From contig JBLDXI010000026.1 in NCBI GenBank assembly GCA_047495785.1, forward strand, positions 1,240,001-1,304,000: a stretch of DNA of 64,000 bases. Reading direction: 5' to 3'. The notes beneath the pieces are model-generated. The model saw only the letters and a program-made list of their open reading frames with translations. It made no database searches and was not told the origin of the DNA. A program made the translations under genes and the position numbers. Of the stretch, positions 32,683-44,900 are shown in pieces; the stretch's first letter is position 1; every line of letters begins with the position of its first letter. The stretch comes from Lepidodermella squamata. Taxonomy: Eukaryota > Animalia > Gastrotricha.

Positions 32683-35600
32683 ATGGCTACTTCTTCAGCT
32701 GAACTCGAAAAGCTCCAGTTGAGAAACGAACTCGACCGCTTGCGGGCGGTCATAAATGAAGGCAGTGCCCAGGAAAATGAAATTATTGGAGATGGACTCG
32801 GAGATACCGTTTTAGAACCGACCTTATTCGACGATCCTAATCCACCTCAAACGACTTCATACGACCTTTTAGTCACTTCGACTATCGCCCCGATGGAACC
32901 GGCTGTCGTTCAAAATTATTTGAGGCAATGTTTGGAGGTCAATCTGCAGTATCAAGAACAAATTCGCCAGAAAATCGATTACATTCGTAAGGCGAAAGAG
33001 AAAATTAAACAAATGATGGCGGAGAAGAAGCAAGAAATCGCGATTTGTGGCGATGAAAGGGACACTTACGAGGTTTTGAGACCCCTCCCAGTAAATGCAA
33101 GACCTTCAGAAATGACGATTAACAGCTTTTCTATGCCGTATTTGAGGCGAGTTCATGGTATCTATGCACCGCCGAATGATGACGTGAAAACTAAGTCGAA
33201 AAATGGCGAAAATATGGCGCATGAAGAGAATTACTCGAGCGGCTGGAAATGGGGTGATGCGAATCTGGAAAATTCTTTGCGGCGCGAAGTAAGACGGGAG
33301 GTTTTATCCCGGTTTCTCGCGCCATACATCCAGGAGCGAGACGATTTGCGCGAAATTATGAAAGAAATCGACGATGTTGAAAAGGCGAGGCGAGATCTTC
33401 AACAGGTTGAAGCGACGATAAAACGCATCATCCACGAAACTGATATCACTGATTTGTTCAAAAACGCCGAGTTGATGGAAAAAGTTGACTGGATGAAAGT
33501 GGCGAAAAATATGAAGAGCCAAGTTACGCATAGGACTTGTCAATTAGTTTGGACGAATTACCTATCGCCGTGCGTGAATAAGCACAAATTCAAACGTGAC
33601 GAGGATCAAGCGCTGAGGAAATTGACGATGAAATCGGTGAAGCGTTGGTCGAAAATTGCGGCGAAATTAGGCACGAATCGAACGGCTTATCAGTGTCTGC
33701 AGCGGTATAACTCAAAAATCAACCCGCGGTCGGAATATCGGAGCTTTTACAAGTTCGAAGGTGACGGGCCTAAGGTACTCTGGCGACGGGTTGACGATGA
33801 GCGGTTGATGGAGCTCGTCTCTGAATTCGATTTGGTTCAACACTCGAATGAAAACACGATTCGGCACATTGATTGGAACCGAGTATCCACGGTGAGTTTG
33901 GCAAATTCTTATGAAGTATAACATATGGCACAGTACTTCGGTTGATAATAGCTTAGGAATATCTGAAAGATTCCTGGAATTTTCATAGCCAGACATAGTG
34001 GTAGATCAAGTTACGTTAGTCGAGCGAATTCGAAACCGACTTGATCGCTGTCAGCTCGCATTTTTCCAGCCGGGGTAGTTAGTTTGATGACGGTTGGGGC
34101 TAGCTTGAGCTTTTATATAGTTCAAAAGCGGAGTTTAGTTATAAAGAAATGATAACCTACCAGGAACTACGGTGTCCATGGCGTCCCTGGTGCTACTTAC
34201 TATGCTAGAAGGAATCAATCTCAGCCAGGCAGACTCCCCTCCTTGAAACGCTTCACAAAAAATGCCATGCTTTATAAGAAATGTTCGAACCAAAGTCCTA
34301 ACTTTGAAATCATTTAAGGTCCAAGAAGACCAATATTGCTAAGAATTAGTATACAGATGCGCTATTTTTTTTGCAATCTGTTAAAAATCGTTTATCCATT
34401 CTCTAGCTTATGGGTGAATTCTCCGCGAACGAGTGCATGAAACGATACATCTATCTGAGCTCAATTGTTGCGAAGGGTCGCTGGAACGACGATGAAGAAG
34501 TGCGCCTGGAAGAAGCCGTTGCAACGTATGGAACTTCCAGCTGGTTCGCAGTGTCAACTTACGTCGCCACGCGCTCGCCATTCCAATGCCGATCTCATTA
34601 CGAAAAAATCATGATTCTAAAAAACGAGACGAAGCTACTCGGAATGCGAGGACCGATTGAATGGTCGCATGAAGAGGATACGATTTTATGGTTCAACCGC
34701 AACTCGTCCGCTGAACATGTTCGTAATTACAACGAAATTAACAAATTATTGCCGAATCGGCTGAAGACTGAATTGAAACAGCGGTTCAATTTGCTGAAAT
34801 TATGGCATAAACACGCTCGTTGGTTGCTGAAAAACGAGGGCACCTTACTATCGTTATTAGTCAAATCAGACACAGATCTCACATTCGCTGAAGTCGAGAA
34901 ATTGAAGAATGAAATGGAGCGACATACAAATTCGCGCCGTAGCAATTCGAGCGATAAATTTGAAGCTGGCGCGATAACTTTCGCTGAAATCGGTCAACTG
35001 GAAAAATTGACTAGTGCCATGATTCTCGAGGCTGGTTTATCCCGCGAATTGGTCGATGATAAGCTGAAATTGATTCGAGATATCGCGAATTATCGCGCAG
35101 TTCCTGTTCCGCTAATGCGAAAACTGCCGTCGAAAGACAAATTTTTCGAGCGGAAGGAAGAAGTCCACCTTAAAATCAAAGAAATGATTTTGCGACTTCA
35201 ATATCTTCGCTGCAAGAAAATTGATGATTTCAACATGAATCGAAAAATCATTACAAAGCGTCATCAGCTGAAGAAAAGATACCCTTCGATTAATATGGCT
35301 ATGGCGAAATTGCATTACGCGATGCGATTTCCTCGTTACATTGACCGGGCTCGTAATTTGCTGCTCGAAATGGAAAAAGTTGATAGCGGAACTCCTGTTG
35401 CAAAATTGATTGAAATTTCGAGAAAAATCGATTTCCTAGCGAGGAAGGTCAGAACTCGTGAGGCTTTGAGGCTCAAACAACCAGCTTCAATGACGACTTG
35501 GAACGATATCGCGACTCGGATTAGGGTCATTTACCGCAAGAAGAGCTTGATCTATCCCTCCCAACCTCGCAAAATGTATGCTGACAAACTATGGCGGCGC

Positions 35601-37193
35601 TTTAAAACGTCTGTACCTCGACCAGACCAAGACAAGATTTCGAAGGGGCTAGCAAAGTAAGTTGGTTTCAACTCAAAATGAGCCTGGCTTAATCTAATAA
35701 AATCCAGGTTGTTGATAACAAATCTCGGCAGTAACATCGAAGGTCTTGCTAAGTATGCGAAAAGTTCATTGGAGCAGGCTGATGCCCAGATTCAACAGAG
35801 CAAAGAAGACCGACCTGCAGAAAACGATTCAGATACCGATTTCGCGAATCATTTGCCTCAAATCAATGCAACCGATGCGATTTTACGTATGAGGCGTTTT
35901 CGGGCAGCCTTATCGCTCGACTGCCTTAATGCTGATGTAGACGGCCCCAGCACTTCATCCGGTTCTTTCGTTTCGTTGAGAAATGAATTTGCTACAATTT
36001 CTGACATTGACGACGACGAATTCGTTTTGAGAGATTTGTCGCCGGTTATACCACCGAACCCGGTTACTACCGTCTCATATCGGAGTCTGCAAATGGCTCG
36101 AATGCGGTTGCAAGATTTGCTGTCTGAAAGTTGTAATTCGTCGGAGAGGCAACATTTAATCGAGACAGTTGCTGCTCTGAAAGAAAAGCCTGACGAAGGC
36201 TATTCATTGCTGCAACGGCGATTTGAAGCCCTATTTACGTGGCCTGCTTTATTGGAAAAAGTCGAGCCTAGATTTGATAACGAACCCGTTCGAATCGCGA
36301 AAACTCCAGTTTTAACTCCGAGCGATGTGCCTGATACAGACGATCCACCCGAATACAAAAGTGATAAACCGCGACCTCGTCTCGTACCGAAATTTCTGCG
36401 GACCAAAGAAGGAAGGGCATTACGGGAGAAGTATCTCCAAAAATACCCATTTGCTCGTAAAGATCGAGCCAAGCTTTACTTCTCATTTCAAAATTGGTTC
36501 AAGGGCGACTTGGAAAGCAAGAGAGCCCCTGCGAGGTTTGATATTCCGACCAATGTTTTCCTGCCTCCCTCTCATCGAGAGCCGAGATCTCAACGCATCA
36601 AAACTCTAATCGAACAGGGACGGATTTCGAGAGAGAGATTAAGTGGGCTTTCAAGACAGGCGATTTTACGTCGATCCATGAAATTTGCGAAATTGAGGCA
36701 AATTGAAATCGAGAGAGAAATTATGGAAGTGTCGAATCATAGTGATTCATCCGATTCTGAAGTTCAGCCGGTTCACTCAAGACGGGATTTCGCTATTGAA
36801 TTGGCCCAAAGAGCTATCTTGAGACACCAATTTGAGGGAACCGAGGTCGATATTACAGTTGGTCGAAATAACTTCACTTCCGAAATTTCGTCAAACAAAC
36901 GAGCTGTCGATAGGAGGCCTGTACAGCAATCGATAAATGTTTCCGACTCGGATAGCTCGGAAAATGAGCAAGAGACGACAGCTCCAGCAAAACAAGTTCG
37001 TTTTGCGCCGAAAGACGAGGTGATTGTTCCTCAAATTCTGCCAGTCCAACCGCCTCAAGTCGCGTTGCTCGAGCTGAATTACGAAGACTTGCTGCGATTG
37101 TTCGAAAACGGTGCTCGAAGCAGTGTTAAAATTGCCATTCCCCTTCCAGCCGCTGCTGCTGCTGCTCATCCACCAAATTCTTCTTCACGATAA
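32683..37193 (+). CDS. SNAPC4: snRNA-activating protein complex subunit 4 (SNAP190), paralog A (exons 32683-33891, 34407-35656, 35708-37193)
   Basis: CLEVNLQYQE coiled coil, FSMPY..PPNDD, and Myb repeats (DWMKVA..WTNYLSPCVNK; WSKIAAKLGTNRTAYQCLQRY; KGRWNDDEE..RSPFQCR). C-terminal PPN and YSLLQRRFEALFTWPALL blocks match SNAPC4. Confidence 0.85.
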
Positions 37194-37395
37194 AATTGTT
37201 TGTGTTTCATCATAATTTTCTCACCCAGTTTTTCATAATAATTGCAATTTGGCATCCGGTTTTTAAATTTGCCCAGTTTTATTGGAGGAAAGAATGTGAA
37301 TTATCTAATAATCGATCTTTTTTATTTTCTAGGTAAATTTTTAATGAGTTATTGATAAGTTTGGCAACCTTCCTGTCTCGATTTTTCCCGATCGA

Positions 37396-40300
37396 ATGGA
37401 ACCTGATGATGAGCAGGAGCAGCTGAAACGGGAACTTGACCAGCTACGACAGTTTATCAATCTCGATGAAGACCTCACGTTTTCATCAGGAATCGGTTCA
37501 TCTCAAAGTTTCTACGAGGATAATAACACCTTCATTCCACCGCCCGAAGAAGATTCTCTAGCATTAAGTTTACCTCAAAGTTCCAAGTTATCGCTGTCTC
37601 GAGTGCCTAGCGAAGTTTACTCGGCTAAAACAACAAGTTCTCACCAAGCGTCGAATAAGCGGAATTTGCGTCGGTGTCTAGATCTCAACCTCGAATACCA
37701 AGCCACGCTATGCAATTATCTCGACGCGCTGCGCCAGACCCGGCGCGATATTCAAGCGCAAATCAAGTTCACTAAATCCGAGATTGAATTTGAGGAAAAT
37801 GAGCGGAAAAAACGCGATAATCGCAGACCGACCCCGGTCATTTTAAGACCAGGCGCTTTGACCCTGGCTTGTTTCCGCCGGCCTTATTTTCGCACCCGTT
37901 TCGGCCTATTACCACCCCCGAACCCGGACTCGATCGAAAAATGCCGTCTCGGACATTTACTACCCTATGACGAAAGTTACGAGAGTAATTGGAGGTGGTA
38001 TGATGGATCTTTGAAAGACCGTCTACTTCGAGAAATTCGGCGCGAGCTGCTAGCAAAAATTCTGCAACCTCACATCGAGACTCGAGACGAATTGCGTCAA
38101 TTAGCTGGTGAGATTGACGGCCCTGCTTTAAAAAATGTCTACCGAGATTTGTATGCCACTGAGAAAACTATTAAAACTATTGCTCAAGAAACGAACGTGG
38201 ATCAACTGTTCACAGATGAAGAAATGATGAAACAGGTCGATTGGATGAAAATTGCCAAGCAATTGGGCGGGTCTTTTTCGCATATTACTTGCCAGCTGGT
38301 TTGGATCAACTACCACTCGCCTCTCGTGAACAAAAAGCCGTTTAAACGTGGGGAAGATGGGAATTTAGCTGCAATTGCGAGTGGGCGGAGTTTCCGAAAC
38401 TGGGCAAAAATTGCCTCGGACTTGAAAACACGTCGCAGTGCTTTCCAGTGTTTGCAGCGCTACCATTCCAAATTAGCCCTGAAAGAGGCGAAAAAGGAAG
38501 AAACAAAGGAAGAAATGGTGGATGTCATCGATCGGCCAACGATTTGGCGACCCGAGGATGAACAGCGACTGCTCAGTGTCGTTTCGGCTTTGGGCGTGAA
38601 AACTGCCGATGCAGTTCGTTACATCGATTGGCGTTTCGTATCTCAGGTTTGTTCAATTTTATAACTCGGATTAGCAAAAAATACGCTCAAATCTATGTTA
38701 AAAATTCCACCTTAAAATTAAAATAGTCAATTTTTTCAATTTTTCTAATAATATTATTTTCTATTACAGCAAGTCGGTCAATACTCACGAACCGAGTGCT
38801 GTGAACGGTATATTCAACTATCCTCGAAACTCAACACTGGCTGTTGGTCGAAAGACGAGCACGAACGGCTCGAGGAAGCTGTTAAAACTTACGGCTCCGG
38901 AAATTGGATTGCTGTATCTACTTTTGTCGGAACACGTTCCCCAAAACAATGCTATTCACACTGGGAAGGCACTGTGCATAGAAATGTTGTGAAAACCATG
39001 CAGGAAAACTGCCCTGCCCCAGACTGGACCGCTGAAGAAGACGCGCTGCTTTGGTTCAATCGAAACAGCCAATTGAGGTCCATGCGGCATTTTTACGAAA
39101 TAAACCGGCTGTTACCTGGCCGGCTGAGGGGCGAATTGATGGAGCGGTATAAACAGCTCAAAGCATGGCAAATGCAGGCGAAATGGTTGCTAAAGAATGA
39201 AGGAACCCTCTTGTCTCTTATTGTAAAATCCGATGCCGAGCTAACCATGGCTGAAGTGCAAAATCTGAGGTCGGAATTGGTGCGTTTCAAAGCGGATCGG
39301 CGGCATAAATTGCTGAGCTTATCGAAGGAAGATGCTGAAGAGTTTGCGACGCTTTCGTTCAACGAACAGGCCCAGCTCGAACAGCTGACAAATGCGATGA
39401 TCCTCGAGGCGAGTATGTCTCGCGATTTGGTCCAGGAGAAATTGCAACTGGTTCGAGATATCGCTGAAATGAGAGCTGTCCCGGTTCCTTTAATCAAAAA
39501 CTTGCCCTCGCGAGAAATTCATCTCAATAAACAAAGCGAGGCAATAGGTAAAATTCGTGAATTGTTGCTCAAAGTCACTGCTGATCGGTACGCGAAACGG
39601 GACCGGCCGGTTAAAGCGCCGAGTTTCAATCAAATAATGGCGCGAATTCGTGATGCGACGCGCGACCCTCAAGCTGCGGAAATGGCCCGCGACATACTGC
39701 AACGCCTCGCTTCCGTCCAGGGTGGTACAAAAGTTCGATATCTCATTAATCTATCACACCAACTGGACGCGTTATCTCAGAAAAGTCGGTTCTATTCGGC
39801 TAACCAGCCGCCTCGATGCGCTACGCCGTCTGAGTGGAATTTCTATGGATCGAGAATCGGGTACTTGGTAGCGCGAAATCCGAAACATCGGCGGAAATTT
39901 TACGAGAAGCCTGCCAATGTTCCACGCGGTGAACGGCGCTACCACGCTGCTGAAAAAGTTTACCCTGTTGCCAAGTAAGTTGATCCACCTTAAGAGAATA
40001 GGAATATTTAGTTTATTGCTGTCTGGGATTTTACTATGATTTTTCTTCCACCAGGTTGTTGATATCGAGTTTGGGCTCTGATCTTGACGCTATTTCTGCC
40101 GAAGTCACTACGCAACAAGAATTCGACCATCGACTCGATCGCGATCATATCAGCGAGGCTGCGAATAACCTCGGCGTTTTTCTACCATCTACAACCACTA
40201 CAATGGAAGGGCGTTTGCGGCGGTTCAACATCGAAGTTGCGAAACAAACAATCGAAGCCGCGACTGATTCATACGAAACTGGCAGCGGGGTTTTCCCATC

Positions 40301-41579
40301 GATTCGCGACGAGTTCTGCTCTTTAGCCGACCCGATTGCCGAGGGCCGAAATTTGCCGTGTTTGCCGCCTAATGTCGCCACCGCAAACGGATACCGACTT
40401 CTGCAATCGATGAAATCGAAATTGGCCGAAATTATCAACGAATCCGGTCGGCATAATGCTGAGGCGCTGGGTACGAAAGTTCGGGAGTTGCGAGCAAAAG
40501 AAGATGCAGGCTATATTTTGCTGAAGAAACGCATGCAGGCACTATTTTCTTGGCCGGGAGTTCTGAGCCAAGCCGAACCCGAACCCTGGTCTATGCCTCA
40601 AGATTTCCCTTTCACCGGCGAAATCGCGCCTGAAACTCCGCGGAAAATTGTCGAAATCTACAAACCTTATCAGCTCGACGATAATGGCGATATGGTCGGC
40701 AACAGGGGCCAAAAATTACCCAGCTATCAAGAATCGTTCTGCAGCTCGGTGATGGGCTCACCAGTTGTTCCTTCGGTCTCTTCCAAGTTAAAAGTTCGAA
40801 AACGTTGCACTGTCGCGGCTTTGATTCACAAAAATCCGATCGAATCGAAATCTCACGAACCGTCTGGCCCTAAAACTGTTTTGAGCCCATCCGAGATGGA
40901 TTCATTGAGATTCATCCGAGAAAATCGGAAAAGAGGTTCGATCGCTCTTCAAATCGCTGACATTGCGATTGAACGGTATAAAGCTGAGGAAGCAAATTCT
41001 TCAATCGTTATTGAGAACGAGGCTGGCCCGAGCGATCCACCTTTAAGTATCGCGAGTAACTCGACTGACGATTTGCCGGTTTTCTCACCGCCCCGCTTGC
41101 CCGTGTATCCAATGCCGCAAATCGAACTGATCAATCCACCTCAAATTGAGATGATTGACGCGAGTGAGAATTCTGAGTTGCCTAGTCCGTTGAAATCAAA
41201 AGCTATCAACAAATTGCCATTCAACCCCCTAACACCGGCCCAGCAGCAACAGCCGCAAAGCGTGTTGAAATCGGATGATATGGAGGAAACTACCAGTGGT
41301 AAGAAAAATGAGCGTGAAGTTGAGAAGACTACGAAGAAAACTGTGAATTTTAATACCAGCCGGGGTGGTGGTCGTCAATCAAGTTTGTGTAAAAAGCGAG
41401 TAGCAAGCATGCGGGCTGGCAGCGATGCTGAATCATCAATCAAAGCGAAACAGCCGAAAACTGGCGAGGTCCAACAAGTCAAGGTGATTCAATTCACCCC
41501 TGCTGATGTTTTGGGTTGTCTTACCGCAAGTCCGAAGAGTTTCACTGCTGCTCTGGTTCGAGAGTCACCTGCTCAATAG
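37396..41579 (+). CDS. SNAPC4: SNAPC4 paralog B (exons 37396-38646, 38770-39974, 40055-41579)
   Basis: Motifs CLDLNLEYQ, FRRPYF..PPPNPD, WINYHSPLVNK, RSAFQCLQRY and YILLKKRMQALFSWPGVL. Both intron positions match paralog A. Confidence 0.85.
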
Positions 41580-41903
41580 GAAATCAAATAGCTAGAAAAA
41601 AACGATGATTTTTTGACTTTTTTACTCTGAATCGCTGGGAAGAAAACAGGAAATTTTATGTTCAATCTATATCATGTTCTCGGCGAGTTCTTCAAGCCTT
41701 ATGTTTTTAACTTCATTTTTTGTGTTGCTGATCATTGTAGTCAAACATTCTGCGCAATTCCGATGATGAGATGAAAGTGATGATACAAAAAATCGTGCCC
41801 TTGTTGGGTCATTTAATAGGCTATTGCAATTCAAGAAAAAAAACGAGTTTTGTCAATATTGTGTTTTTGGGTATATTTAGAGCTTTACAGATATTTCAAC
41901 GAG

Positions 41904-44900
41904 ATGATTCCTGCTAATCACGACTCGGCTGAGCGGTTGCGGGATGAAACTCGAAAGCTGCAAAATGCGTTATTACTAGAAGAAGCGAGTAATGAAGAAA
42001 ATATGTTGGCTGACAATTCGCTGAATATGATAATGGAAGCCGACCCAGTTCCTGATTCCACCTTAATTTCTGTGGAAGACGTGCCGCTCGAACTTGCAGC
42101 CGCTGAAGAAATGCGACGTTGTCTCGATCGAAATCTTGAATATCAAGCTATGTCGAAAAAATATTTAAATTTGGTTAAGCTGGCTAAGGAAAAAATTGCC
42201 GTTGAAATAAAGCAGAAAGAAGAGATTATTCGGTTGGATGTTCTAGACCGCAAACAGCGAAAGCGCGTTGATGCACCGCTTGAAATGAGGTATGACGGAA
42301 ACACGGCCCTGATTAGTTTCAGGCGGCCGTATTTCAAGCGAGTCCACGGTGTTTCTGTGGACCCAAACGAAGATGTTTTGACTAAATTTAAGAATGAAGA
42401 GCCGTTAGCCTCTGAAGAGTTCTACGACAGCATGTGGAATTGGGGCGAGGCTGGTTTGAAGAAGATATTTTTCCGCGAACTTCGCCGCCAGTGCCTAGCC
42501 AAGCTATTGGAGCCGCATTTGAAATACCGCGATGAATTGAAGGAAACCCTGCAGTTTTTGGAAGGCAGTGCGCTGGAAGGGGCACGGAAAGACCTCCGAG
42601 ACCAGGAGAATAAAATCAAAAGAATGGCGAATGAAATGGCGATGAAAGACGATCTGCTGAAGAACAGAGGGCTTATAGAGCGAATCGACTGGATGAAGGT
42701 GGCGAAAAACATCTCTGGTAGAATATTTCGCACGCACATTTCCTTCCAAACTTGCCGGCTGGTGTGGCACAACTTCTACTCACCCACCGTGAACAAATCG
42801 TCGTTCAGCAGAGAAGAAGATCTCAAATTGAGGAAGCTGTTCGAGGAGGAGCCGAATATTGCCATGATTGCTAAAAAGGTATCTTATTGGATTACTAAAA
42901 GAAATGATAATTTATATTTCTCGCAATTCGGAATAACACTGTATTTGGTCGATAACAAGGGTTTTTGCCATAAGATCAATGCGGGTCCTTCGGGTATTAT
43001 CGCCACAATTGTAATGTGGAAGACGCAACTTGAAGAAAAGTGAATCTTTTCAGTCATTCCAATGGTCAATGATCGAATTTTAGGATTAGGTAGGTTAGCG
43101 TTGTCTCCTTTAGGGTGGACTGCCTACCTGGCCGAGACCCAAGTCCAGAGTCTTCCTCGCCTTCAGTTGTCCTCCTCTTTCGAGTTATTATTATTATTAT
43201 TATTTTATTTCGAAAAATATATTCATGAAAAAAAATATGATGGTACAAAATTCGAGGAAACAGAAAGGCACGCAGGCCACTAACTCTGAACCGTATAGCG
43301 GGTAATGTAATGATAGGTATAAAACAGTTCTGAAGAAGGAGAATGTAGTTTTGAAGAGCATGAAGTAGTAAAATTAGTTAGTAAGAGTGCAGTGTTTAGA
43401 AAAATCAAGTTTACGTATTTTTTATTTAAAATATGTCAGATTAGTATCACAATTGTCAGAAGAAGGAAAAATATGAGACGGTAATTCGTTCCAAATGGGA
43501 AGAACGCGATTAAGAAAAAAATTTGCGAAAAGAGGCGAGGTAGCATTGCGATAACGGTCATCAGGTCGACGATATCTAAGACGATGACAATGACCGCGAG
43601 TTTTAGTAGATAAGGGTTCGATGTAAGAAGAAATAGACGAATCAACTGCATTGTAGGAAATTTTGTACAGAAGAGACAGATCTAAAAGAATTCGGCGCTT
43701 TTCTAAAGAGTCTAGTTTGAGGATTAAAAGCCTTTGTTTATAAGATGGGCGGTTAGGATCATGAGAAGAGAAGCCCAAGGCACGACGGGTAAAGTATTTT
43801 TGTACATTTTCAACAAGTTCTTTGTCACATTTTTTGTAAGGCGACCAAATAGAAGGTAGGTATTCAAGCAAAGGCCTAGAATAGACGCGATAAGCCCAGG
43901 CGAGGACGGAAGGTGACTGGCCATGAAAGGCTCTAAGAATAGCATTAACGCAGTTATAGGCTTTGGTAACAATAGTGTTAAGATGAGGGCGAAACGTGAG
44001 ACCGTCGTCGATGATCAGACCGAGGTCCTTGTACGAGTGACAGGTAGGAAGTTGATGAGAACCAAGAGAATATGAAAAATGAAGATTGTTACGGCCCAGA
44101 TGAAGGACACCTTGTAGTTCCCTGTTAAAACATCGTAAGATGTATGTACAGTTTTACACCTGCCCATGCCGTAAGGAAATTAGGGATAGTGTTTGTGATG
44201 CGTTAGTATTTCAACGTTTGACTTTCAATGATACCGCTGAAAGTGCGTTCCCCTCTGCAATGAGACTATTTTCCACTGTGTCGAGGCGAGCATTGAAACG
44301 TTTTTCTACTACTTTGAGGCGATTGTCGATTGCCTCGAACTAATTTTCGGCTCGAATGGAAATTGGTTGCGTTTGGCGACTTGTATATGCAACCTGGTTC
44401 GCCAAATTGTTGACCTGCTTCTTTCGAGATACGCAGTTACCCATTTACTCCATGTAAAACACTTGGAATAGTTTGCTGAGGTTTCGAAAACAAGTGCTTT
44501 TTTATGTGGCGGCTCGTTGGGCATTGGGCTGAGCTCCACTTTTGCCAATTTAGCCGCAATAATAGGTTAGCGATTAGACCAAATTTGACAGTGGAATAAG
44601 TCAATTCCACTTATTGGAATATGTGAACTAGTATATGCAATTGTTGAGTTCAACGAACACAAAGGCGGCCAGCAAAGGTAATTTCGAGTATATTAGAGAA
44701 TTGAACTAATGGCGGATGATTGCTGCGCTGTTTGCACTTGTAAGTGTGGACCAGTTGATCTATGGTGCATGGTGTCAACGCCTATTTTCGTTTCGTTTTA
44801 GAATAGAATGATCTCCAGCTTTTTTGTTTCCTCATAAGCACTTGGGTCATGTAGAATTATTTTCTATGGCGAGTCGACGCATGATTTCTCGGGCGAAGTG

